Assembly (NCBI GenBank): GCA_045645665.1
Contig: JAZRJF010000089.1
Location: 12,254-76,253, forward strand
Direction of reading: 5' to 3'
From: Lachnospiraceae bacterium
GTDB taxonomy: Bacteria; Bacillota; Clostridia; Lachnospirales; Lachnospiraceae
Length of the DNA stretch: 64,000 bases
Part shown: piece after piece, positions 56,454-64,000 of the stretch
How the letters are laid out: each line of letters opens with the position of its first letter
How positions within the stretch are numbered: the stretch's first letter is position 1
Program-made: the position numbers and the translations under genes
Notes under the pieces: generated by a model
What the model was told of the DNA's origin: nothing
Database searches by the model: none
Seen by the model: the letters and a program-made list of their open reading frames with translations, nothing else

Positions 56454-58241
56454 CTAGCGATTCTTAGGCAAATGCTTGCGCGCTCTCTGATAAATCGCCG
56501 CAGCTCTTTCCTTGTTCTTGATTCCGTCCATGAGGTATCCGTAAAGAACCTCCTCCGAGTCACTCTTCTCCATGGCGTTGACGAGCGCCACTCTCTCCTC
56601 GGCATTTAAGTTAAACACCTTCTTCTTAACCGTCTTATAGATCAACGCTACACGCTCATTGTCACGAAGATTTTGCGACAAGTAGTTATGGAATTCTTCC
56701 TTTCCGAGGCACTCATCCAGCGCCTTCTGCACAAGCAATTCCTCCTGCGGAGTCATTACAACCATCGCTGCCGGGATAATCGGTTTTACGTCAGAAACCT
56801 CGACTTCCTGCGGTTCTACTGGTGTAGAATCTCCTGTGGGCAACTCTTGCTTTTGGGCAGCCTTCTTACGCTGCGGTCTCTTTTTCGTGGCCGGCTTCTC
56901 TTCTGCTGTTTCGGGCGTTGCCTCCGCTTCCGGAGTAACCTTCTCATCCGTTACCGGCTCGGCATTCATCTCTTTTACCGGCTCAACACTCTGCTCTTTT
57001 ACCGGCTCGATGCTCACCTCTTTTACAGGTTCAATGCTCAACTCTGCCGGCGACTCATCCTTTGTCTCATTTGCCGACTCGACCTTCTGCTCTGCAATCG
57101 GCTCGACCTTTGTCTCCGCAATTGGTTCCGGCTTCTCTACTACCGGTGCGACTTTCTTTTCGACAGTGGGCTCGACCTTCACTTCAACTTCAGGTGCAAC
57201 CTTTTCTTCAACTACCGGCTCTACCTTCTTCTCAATCACCGGCTCAACTACCGGCTCGAGCTTCGGCTCAATCACCGGTGCCTCTGTCTTCATGGTCTCC
57301 GAAACCTCTGTAACCTTTTTCGGTTCTACCTTCGGCTCCGTCTTCTTCTGTGCAACCACAACTCTACGTACAACCTGTACATTTGCATTGCGCTTCTCTT
57401 CGTTTGTCACCTCGGTCTCTTTCAGAACCACCGCATTGTTCGGAACACGCCGGTTGGCATTTGCCTCCGTGCGATTCTTGCCCTGCTTGCCACCGTTGTT
57501 CTGTCGCTCATCGCGATTATTTCGGGGATTGTTCTGCTCACGGTGTTCATTACCGGAATTCTGTCTATGGTCACCGTTTCGATTCTGGCCGTTACGGTTT
57601 CGATCCGAGGAGTTACGGTTTTGTCCACCGTTTTGGTTGCCACTGCGATTGCCGTTTCGATTGTTGCCACGGCTGTCGTAGCGTTGATTGCCGTCCCGTC
57701 TGCCATCTCCGGATCTGTCATTGCGACCACGGTCCTCACCGGCTCCACGCTCCGAAGTCTTGCCCTTATTCTTTCCGTTCTTTCCGATTACCTCATGCTG
57801 CGTCGTATTATCTACCGCAGCCTTCTTCTTTCCGAACAAGCCGGCAAGAAGCCCTGTCTTTTCTTCTTTTTTCTCAAGCACTGCCGAAATGCTTGGCAGT
57901 CTCTCAATAACATCGCCCGTCAAGCTGAGCATCTCATGGATGGCCGGCTCATAGCCCTTGTCATTGGAAATGATGTAAAATGCATCACCGGCCTTACGTG
58001 CAATGTCATAGCCCATATGTACCATGATGATGAAATCCAACGCATTTTTCCCGATTTGGTCATTCTTAATCAGCTCAACCGTTGCGTCGCTGTGAAAGAT
58101 TACGTCTGCATCGATCAACGACATCTTAGAACATTTCGGTCCAAGAAATATCTTGACATGATCATGCTTCGTCAGAGCGTCAACACCGCGAAGTCCCATG
58201 GTGCTCACGTTCTCAAAATCGATATATAATATTCTCTTCAT
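56454..58241 (-). CDS. PIN/NYN-like N-terminal domain protein with a long low-complexity linker and a duplicated C-terminal helical module
   Basis: 595 aa behind a GAGGTAG RBS. The N-terminus (ILYIDFENV...KNALDFIIMVHMGYD...FYIISNDKGYEPAI) resembles LabA/NYN-type nuclease folds. Roughly aa 160-262 are R/N/G/D/Q-rich, and roughly aa 300-440 carry (K)VEP/IEP repeats. The C-terminus has two units of about 40 aa ending ..ER(V/A)A(L/A)IY. Confidence 0.7.
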   Translation of the reverse strand: MKRILYIDFENVSTMGLRGVDALTKHDHVKIFLGPKCSKMSLIDADVIFHSDATVELIKNDQIGKNALDFIIMVHMGYDIARKAGDAFYIISNDKGYEPAIHEMLSLTGDVIERLPSISAVLEKKEEKTGLLAGLFGKKKAAVDNTTQHEVIGKNGKNKGKTSERGAGEDRGRNDRSGDGRRDGNQRYDSRGNNRNGNRSGNQNGGQNRNSSDRNRNGQNRNGDHRQNSGNEHREQNNPRNNRDERQNNGGKQGKNRTEANANRRVPNNAVVLKETEVTNEEKRNANVQVVRRVVVAQKKTEPKVEPKKVTEVSETMKTEAPVIEPKLEPVVEPVIEKKVEPVVEEKVAPEVEVKVEPTVEKKVAPVVEKPEPIAETKVEPIAEQKVESANETKDESPAELSIEPVKEVSIEPVKEQSVEPVKEMNAEPVTDEKVTPEAEATPETAEEKPATKKRPQRKKAAQKQELPTGDSTPVEPQEVEVSDVKPIIPAAMVVMTPQEELLVQKALDECLGKEEFHNYLSQNLRDNERVALIYKTVKKKVFNLNAEERVALVNAMEKSDSEEVLYGYLMDGIKNKERAAAIYQRARKHLPKNR

Positions 58242-58323
58242 ATCTACCTCGTAGTGGTATTGTCGTTCGAAAGCCCCGTCACGCGCTTTCCTCCGGGCCG
58301 CTACTAATGGCCCATCTCAACTA

Positions 58324-58911
58324 CTAGTACTGAATGCTAAGCTCGTCCAGCGTCTTATAATATGCGGGCAAGAACTCTTCCATGAACAAATTCGCCTCAG
58401 GCAACGCCATCTTCTCGATTGCCGCACGAATGGACTTGCCGGCGCTTTCAAATTCGCGATTGCCGGCCTTGCCCTCTTCAATGCATTTGATCAAAGCCGA
58501 CAGCTTGTCGGCCGCCTTAACGAGACGCCACAAATCGCTTTCCTCCTCCTGAGGGAAGAACAATCCACGGTAATCCTCGCGAATGTCCTCCGGAAGCATA
58601 GAAAGCAAAGCATTGGAGGCATTGTCCTCAATGCTGTGGAAGATGCTCTGCATCTGCTGGTTGTAATATTTGATAGGGGTTGGCATATCCCCCGTAATGA
58701 TTTCGTTGCTGTCGTGATACAGTGCGATCACCGCTACTCGCTCCGCGTTGTAATTGCGACCGAGACGGCGATTACCGAGCACCGCCAGACAATGTGCGAG
58801 CATACTAACCTCGAGCGAATGCTCACTGATGTTCTCGGATTCCGAATTACGCATCAGCGCCCAGCGCTCGATATATTTCATTCGCGACATCATTGCATAG
58901 AAATTACTCAT
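58324..58911 (-). CDS. HD-domain 5'-deoxynucleotidase (YfbR-like)
   Basis: 195 aa; [25 protein letters not shown]...[17 protein letters not shown] (H...HD...D metal ligands). Its start overlaps the uvrA stop by 8 nt. Confidence 0.82.
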   Translation of the reverse strand: MSNFYAMMSRMKYIERWALMRNSESENISEHSLEVSMLAHCLAVLGNRRLGRNYNAERVAVIALYHDSNEIITGDMPTPIKYYNQQMQSIFHSIEDNASNALLSMLPEDIREDYRGLFFPQEEESDLWRLVKAADKLSALIKCIEEGKAGNREFESAGKSIRAAIEKMALPEANLFMEEFLPAYYKTLDELSIQY

Positions 58912-61768
58912 GAGCTTCTCCGTACTGTTTCTTTTGTCTTTCCACTTGTAGCTTCAGATACTCTCCGGTGTAGGAGTTCGGATTGTCCATAATGTCCTCG
59001 GGTGTTCCCTTAGCCACTACGGTACCACCGCCATCTCCGCCCTCCGGTCCCATATCGATGATATAATCCGCCGTCTTTATCACGTCCAGATTGTGCTCGA
59101 TAACAACAACCGAATTGCCACCCTCCGTTAAGCGCTTCAAAATCTCAATCAATTTCTGCACATCGGCAAAATGCAAGCCCGTCGTCGGCTCATCCAAAAT
59201 GTAAATCGTCTTGCCTGTACTGCGCTTAGAAAGCTCTGTCGCCAGTTTAATTCTCTGTGCCTCGCCTCCGGACAGGGACGTAGACGGATGTCCCAGCTTC
59301 AAATAGGACAGTCCCACATCCGCAAGCGTCTGAATCTTGCGCTTGATAGACGGTATGTTGTCAAAGAAATGCACGGCTTCCTCGACCGTCATATCCAGCA
59401 CATCGAAAATGCTCTTTCCTTTGTAGGTCGCCTCAAGCGTCTCACGATTGTAACGCTTTCCACCGCACACCTCACATGGTACATAGATGTCCGGAAGAAA
59501 GTTCATCTCAATCTTTACGATACCGTCGCCACTACAAGCCTCGCAACGGCCACCGCGTACATTGAAACTGAAGCGTCCCTTTCCGTAGCCTCGCAGCTTC
59601 GCCTCCGGCGTTGCCGCGAATAGATCTCTGATCTGGTCAAATACGCCGGTATACGTTGCCGGATTAGATCTCGGCGTACGTCCGATCGGAGATTGATCAA
59701 TGTTGATTACCTTGTCAAGCTGCTCATAGCCTTCGATTCCGTCGTGCTCACCGGGCACCAAAATGCGTGCGCGGTTCAGCTTTCTCGCAAGACTCTTATA
59801 CAGAATCTCGTTGATCAGAGAGCTCTTTCCCGAGCCGGACACACCGGTAATACAAGTGAACACGCCGAGCGGCAAGGACACATCGATATTCTTCAAATTG
59901 TGCTCTCGCGCGCCGCGTACGGTAATCTGTCCGGTCGGCTCCTTCCTCTGTGTCGGAATCGGAATCATGCGTCTACCGGCAAGATAATCTCCGGTAATGG
60001 AATTCTTATTCGCCATGATGTCCGCAGCCGTACCTACAGCCACAACCTCTCCGCCGTGCTGACCTGCCCCGGGTCCGATATCTACAATCCAATCGGCCTC
60101 GAGCATCGTGTCCTCGTCGTGCTCAACGACAATCAAAGTATTGCCGAGATCTCTAAGCCCCTTCAAGGACTTGAGCAAACGATAATTGTCGCGCTGGTGC
60201 AGACCGATACTCGGCTCATCGAGAATGTATGCAACTCCGACCAATCCGGAACCGATCTGTGTCGCAAGGCGGATTCGCTGCGCCTCGCCGCCCGAAAGGG
60301 ACGAGGTAGGTCTTGCAAGTGTGAGATAATCAAGACCTACGTCTACAAGAAAACCAATCCGCGCATTGATTTCCTTAAGAACCATCTCACCGATCTGCGC
60401 TTTCATCTCCGGCAGTCGAAGGTTCTGCATAAAACTCTGCAGCTGTTTGATTGGAAGGTCGCACACCTCGGCGATATTCTTGTCGCCGACGGTAACCGCA
60501 AGAGACTCCTTACGAAGACGTCTACCACCGCATTCACTACACGGCGAAATCTTCATAAAGTTCTCATACTCCTGACGCATCATCTCCGAGGATGTCTCGC
60601 GATATCGACGCTCTACATTTCGCAAAATGCCCTCAAAGGCCACATCGTAGACGCCCTGGCCTCTCTGGCTACGATAATGAACGAGCACCTTCTTTCCGCC
60701 CGTACCGTGGAACAGTACGTGCTGAATCTCCTTCGGCAAATCACGAAACGGCGTATCCAAAGAGAAATGATACTCCTCCACGAGCGCGTCCAAGGTTGCA
60801 CGCGTAAAGCTTCCCTTCTCGGTAGCGGACTGCCAGCCGGGAACGGCAATGGCACCCTCATTGATGCTCAGTGAATCATCCGGAACGATCAAATTCTCAG
60901 TGAATTTCATCTTGTAGCCGAGACCATGACATGCCGGGCATGCACCAAAGGGGTTGTTAAAGGAAAAGGATCGTGGTTCCAGCTCCTCAATACTCGTACC
61001 GCAGTCCGGGCAGGCGAAGTTCTGCGAAAACCGCAACGTCTCTCCGCCAATCACGTCCACAAACATCAGACCGTCACCGAGACGCAATGCACTTTCCATC
61101 GAGTCCGTAAGTCTCGCCTCGATTCCCGCTTTTACAATCAAGCGGTCCACGACAATTTCAATGCTATGTTTTATGTTCTTCTCCAGCTTAATCTCCTCAG
61201 AAAGCTCATAGAGGTTGCCGTCGATTCGAACGCGCACATAGCCGCTGCGCTTAGCTTGGTCAAGCACCTTCGCATGCTCGCCCTTCTTTCCACGCACCAC
61301 CGGTGCCAGTAGCTGAATTCTCGTGCCCTCCGGCAGGTTAAGCACTTCATCTACCATCTGGTCTACAGCCTGTCTGCGAATCTCTCTGCCGCAGTCCGGA
61401 CAATGCGGTACACCGATACGTGCATACAGAAGACGAAAATGATCGTACACCTCCGTCACGGTGCCTACCGTAGAACGGGGGTTGCGATTCGTCGACTTCT
61501 GATCAATGGAAATCGCGGGAGGAAGTCCTTCGATGCTTTCTACATTCGGCTTCTCCATCTGTCCGAGAAACATGCGGGCATACGAAGACAAAGACTCCAT
61601 GTAGCGTCTTTGACCTTCCGCGTAAATTGTATCAAATGCCAGCGAGGATTTTCCCGAGCCGCTGAGACCGGTCAATACCACGAGCTCATCGCGGGGAATA
61701 TCCAAGCCGATATTCTTCAGATTGTTCTCCTTCGCACCTCGAATGCGAATGTACTTCTTTTCACTCAT
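58904..61768 (-). CDS. uvrA: Excinuclease ABC subunit A
   Basis: 954 aa with two ABC ATPase modules (GLSGSGKSS; GVSGSGKSS), zinc-finger Cys pairs ([25 protein letters not shown]) and LSGGEAQR twice. Confidence 0.96.
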   Translation of the reverse strand: MSEKKYIRIRGAKENNLKNIGLDIPRDELVVLTGLSGSGKSSLAFDTIYAEGQRRYMESLSSYARMFLGQMEKPNVESIEGLPPAISIDQKSTNRNPRSTVGTVTEVYDHFRLLYARIGVPHCPDCGREIRRQAVDQMVDEVLNLPEGTRIQLLAPVVRGKKGEHAKVLDQAKRSGYVRVRIDGNLYELSEEIKLEKNIKHSIEIVVDRLIVKAGIEARLTDSMESALRLGDGLMFVDVIGGETLRFSQNFACPDCGTSIEELEPRSFSFNNPFGACPACHGLGYKMKFTENLIVPDDSLSINEGAIAVPGWQSATEKGSFTRATLDALVEEYHFSLDTPFRDLPKEIQHVLFHGTGGKKVLVHYRSQRGQGVYDVAFEGILRNVERRYRETSSEMMRQEYENFMKISPCSECGGRRLRKESLAVTVGDKNIAEVCDLPIKQLQSFMQNLRLPEMKAQIGEMVLKEINARIGFLVDVGLDYLTLARPTSSLSGGEAQRIRLATQIGSGLVGVAYILDEPSIGLHQRDNYRLLKSLKGLRDLGNTLIVVEHDEDTMLEADWIVDIGPGAGQHGGEVVAVGTAADIMANKNSITGDYLAGRRMIPIPTQRKEPTGQITVRGAREHNLKNIDVSLPLGVFTCITGVSGSGKSSLINEILYKSLARKLNRARILVPGEHDGIEGYEQLDKVINIDQSPIGRTPRSNPATYTGVFDQIRDLFAATPEAKLRGYGKGRFSFNVRGGRCEACSGDGIVKIEMNFLPDIYVPCEVCGGKRYNRETLEATYKGKSIFDVLDMTVEEAVHFFDNIPSIKRKIQTLADVGLSYLKLGHPSTSLSGGEAQRIKLATELSKRSTGKTIYILDEPTTGLHFADVQKLIEILKRLTEGGNSVVVIEHNLDVIKTADYIIDMGPEGGDGGGTVVAKGTPEDIMDNPNSYTGEYLKLQVERQKKQYGEAHE

Positions 61769-61863
61769 TCTATTCCTTCTTTACACGGCGCATTTTCTTC
61801 GTGCTTTTCTTCGTGCGGCGCATGCGTCGGCACAGCGTTTCATTGCACATGTACGGTGCCGCG

Positions 61864-63855
61864 TTAGGCCTCTTGCTCTAAGCACATCTTCTTCAAAGAG
61901 ATAATCTCATCTCTCAATCTCGCTGCCGTCTCGAAATCAAGCTCGGCCGCAGCACTGTGCATCTTCTTCGTCAGCTTTCCGATGACAGCCTCAAGCTCTG
62001 CGCGACTCATCGACTCGTAATCCTTTTCGATGCGATTCGTAATCTTGTCTGCCTTCTTGGAAATGCTGATGAGATCTCTTACCTTCTTACGAATCGTCTG
62101 GGGCGTGATGCCATGCTCCTTATTGTACGCATCCTGGATCGCACGACGACGCTCCGTCTCTCCGATTGCACCCTTCATCGAATCGGTCATCGTATCGGCA
62201 TACATAATTACGCGACCGTCCGCATTACGAGCGGCTCGACCGATTGTCTGTACTAGCGAGGTCTTCGAACGAAGGAAACCCTCCTTGTCCGCATCGAGTA
62301 TCGCAACCAAACCGATTTCGGGAATATCCAAGCCCTCACGAAGCAGGTTAATACCGACCAGCACATCAAATACATCCATACGCATGTCTCGGATAATCTC
62401 CGTACGCTCCAGCGTATCAATATCCGAATGCAAATACCGAACGCGAATACCGATATCGCGCATATATTCCGTAAGCTCCTCTGCCATTCGCTTCGTCAGC
62501 GTCGTTACGAGCACCTTGTTCTTCTTTGCAATCTCCGCACGCACCTCGGCAATCAAATCGTCGATCTGACTTTCCACCGGTCGCACGGACACCTCGGGAT
62601 CCAACAGACCGGTCGGGCGGATAATCTGCTCGACGCGCATCAGCTCGTGGTTGTCCTCATATTCATTCGGAGTAGCTGAGACAAACAGCATCTGATTAAT
62701 ACGCCCCTCGAATTCGTCGAAGCTCAACGGGCGGTTGCATTTTGCGGAAGGCAAGCGAAATCCGTAGTCTACTAGTGTAGTCTTGCGCGCTTGGTCTCCG
62801 TTATACATGCCGCGAATCTGCGGAATCGTAATGTGCGACTCGTCTACAATAATCAAAAAATCATCCGGAAAATACTCAATCAATGTGTTCGGAGTATCCG
62901 CCGGCGTCAATCCGGACAAATGCATGGAATAGTTCTCGATTCCCGAGCAAATGCCGGTCTCGCGAAGCATCTCGATATCAAAATGCGTTCTCTCGGAAAT
63001 TCTCTGCGCCTCCAAGAGCTTGTTCTCGCTTTGAAAATACCGAACGCGCTCCTCAAGCTCCGCCTCGATATTCTGCAACGCAATCTCCATACGCTCCGGC
63101 TCGACAACGTAGTGCGACGCCGGAAACAAAACGAGATGCTCGAGATTTGCCTTCGGCTCACCCTTCAAGGCGTCAATCAACTGAATTCGATCGACCTCAT
63201 CTCCGAAAAATTCAATTCGATACGCCTCGTTGTTGCCGCTGGATACCGGGTACACCTCCACGACATCGCCACGCACTCGGAACGTACCGCGCTTAAAGTC
63301 CATATCGTTGCGCGTATACTGAATATCAATCAATCGGTGCAGCACCTCATTGCGCTCACGCTGCATTCCCGGTCTGAGATTAACCGTCATGTTTTGATAA
63401 TCAATCGGGCTACCGAGACCGTAAATACACGAAACACTCGCAATCACAATAACATCCCGTCTTTCGGTGAGAGCCGCGGTCGCCGAATGGCGCAGTCGGT
63501 CAATCTCATCGTTGATAGCGGAATCCTTCTCAATATACGTATCGGTCGAAGGCACATACGCCTCCGGCTGATAATAGTCGTAGTAGGATACGAAATACTC
63601 TACCGCATTTTCCGGAAAGAACTCCTTGAACTCTCCGTAGAGCTGTGCGGCAAGCGTCTTGTTATGAGAAATGATGAGCGTCGGCCGGTTCAATGCGGCG
63701 ATTACATTCGCCATCGTAAACGTCTTTCCCGAACCGGTTACGCCGAGCAGGGTTTGAAATTGGTTTCCGGCCCGAAAGCCCTTCACCAAGGCATCCACTG
63801 CCTCGGGCTGATCACCCGTCGGTGCAAATTCCGAATGTAATACGAATCGCTCCAT
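61864..63855 (-). CDS. uvrB: Excinuclease ABC subunit B
   Basis: Helicase motifs ([13 protein letters not shown]), a beta-hairpin region and a C-terminal UVR domain ([13 protein letters not shown]). I prefer the ATG at 63855, spaced 5 nt from GGGAGA. The track start at 63858 is GTG. Confidence 0.96.
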   Translation of the reverse strand: MERFVLHSEFAPTGDQPEAVDALVKGFRAGNQFQTLLGVTGSGKTFTMANVIAALNRPTLIISHNKTLAAQLYGEFKEFFPENAVEYFVSYYDYYQPEAYVPSTDTYIEKDSAINDEIDRLRHSATAALTERRDVIVIASVSCIYGLGSPIDYQNMTVNLRPGMQRERNEVLHRLIDIQYTRNDMDFKRGTFRVRGDVVEVYPVSSGNNEAYRIEFFGDEVDRIQLIDALKGEPKANLEHLVLFPASHYVVEPERMEIALQNIEAELEERVRYFQSENKLLEAQRISERTHFDIEMLRETGICSGIENYSMHLSGLTPADTPNTLIEYFPDDFLIIVDESHITIPQIRGMYNGDQARKTTLVDYGFRLPSAKCNRPLSFDEFEGRINQMLFVSATPNEYEDNHELMRVEQIIRPTGLLDPEVSVRPVESQIDDLIAEVRAEIAKKNKVLVTTLTKRMAEELTEYMRDIGIRVRYLHSDIDTLERTEIIRDMRMDVFDVLVGINLLREGLDIPEIGLVAILDADKEGFLRSKTSLVQTIGRAARNADGRVIMYADTMTDSMKGAIGETERRRAIQDAYNKEHGITPQTIRKKVRDLISISKKADKITNRIEKDYESMSRAELEAVIGKLTKKMHSAAAELDFETAARLRDEIISLKKMCLEQEA

Positions 63856-63901
63856 CACTATCTCCCGTCTGCCTCTCGCGTGCTAAGACTATCTGATGCT
63901 A

Positions 63902-64000
63902 TTATTGCTCTTCTCTATCCTTTAATGCATTCCACTTCAGGTATCCGTTGATGAACGGGTCCAAGCCGCCGTCCAATACTGCCTGCGCATTGCCGATTTC
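63902..64000 (-). CDS. 3' end of an unidentified gene running off the right edge
   Basis: The open frame on the minus strand reads ...EIGNAQAVLDGGLDPFINGYLKWNALKDREEQ* with its stop at 63902..63904, 43 nt upstream of the uvrB start. The fragment is too short to assign a family. Confidence 0.45.
   Translation of the reverse strand, partial: EIGNAQAVLDGGLDPFINGYLKWNALKDREEQ

Noticed and set aside
56673-58229. 518-aa and 281-aa plus-strand ORFs rich in Leu/Arg/Cys or Ser/Gly/Phe/Thr
   Set aside because: These are by-products of the low-complexity repeat coding region of the 595-aa minus-strand gene. Only the minus frame has an RBS, a structured N-terminal domain and a terminator-free fit to its neighbours.

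Overview
This looks like a chromosomal segment of about 50% GC from a Firmicutes/Clostridia-type genome. That placement is an inference from gene content, GGAGG-type RBSs, a CIRCE element, a T-box leader and an agr locus. Most genes lie on the minus strand and are housekeeping: uvrC (5' part), ftsH, ung, hisH/hisF, htpG, an ABC-F ATPase, GS type III, mutY, lysA-type decarboxylase, a type IIA topoisomerase B/A pair, clpB, tyrS with a T-box leader, GS type I, and uvrA/uvrB. There are four tRNA genes: Pro-CGG, Thr-CGT, an unusual Pro-AGG, and Arg-CCG. No rRNA, CRISPR array, transposase or integrase was seen. The items I think most deserve follow-up are: (1) an agr-type quorum-sensing locus whose 36-aa AgrD-like ORF is too short for the ORF track and carries Ser at the ring position, with a phased LytTR-type direct repeat upstream; (2) an exporter operon, ABC - DUF1854-like - ABC, where both ABC proteins have a long N-terminal extension with a zinc ribbon, and which runs without terminator into mutY and two small membrane proteins; (3) a GlgX/isoamylase-like GH13 protein with all three catalytic residues replaced; (4) an EIIA-Glc-like protein lacking the phospho-acceptor His; (5) a PIN/NYN-like protein fused to a long Arg/Asn/Gly-rich and (V/I)EP-repeat low-complexity region; (6) five to six phased 23-bp dyad repeats abutting the promoter of the topoisomerase operon; (7) a tRNA-bounded islet encoding a DUF5688-like protein and two SpaA/Cna-B-type surface proteins. 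All family assignments come from reading motifs by eye, since no searches were possible. Start codons were re-examined against RBSs, and several differ from the ORF track.
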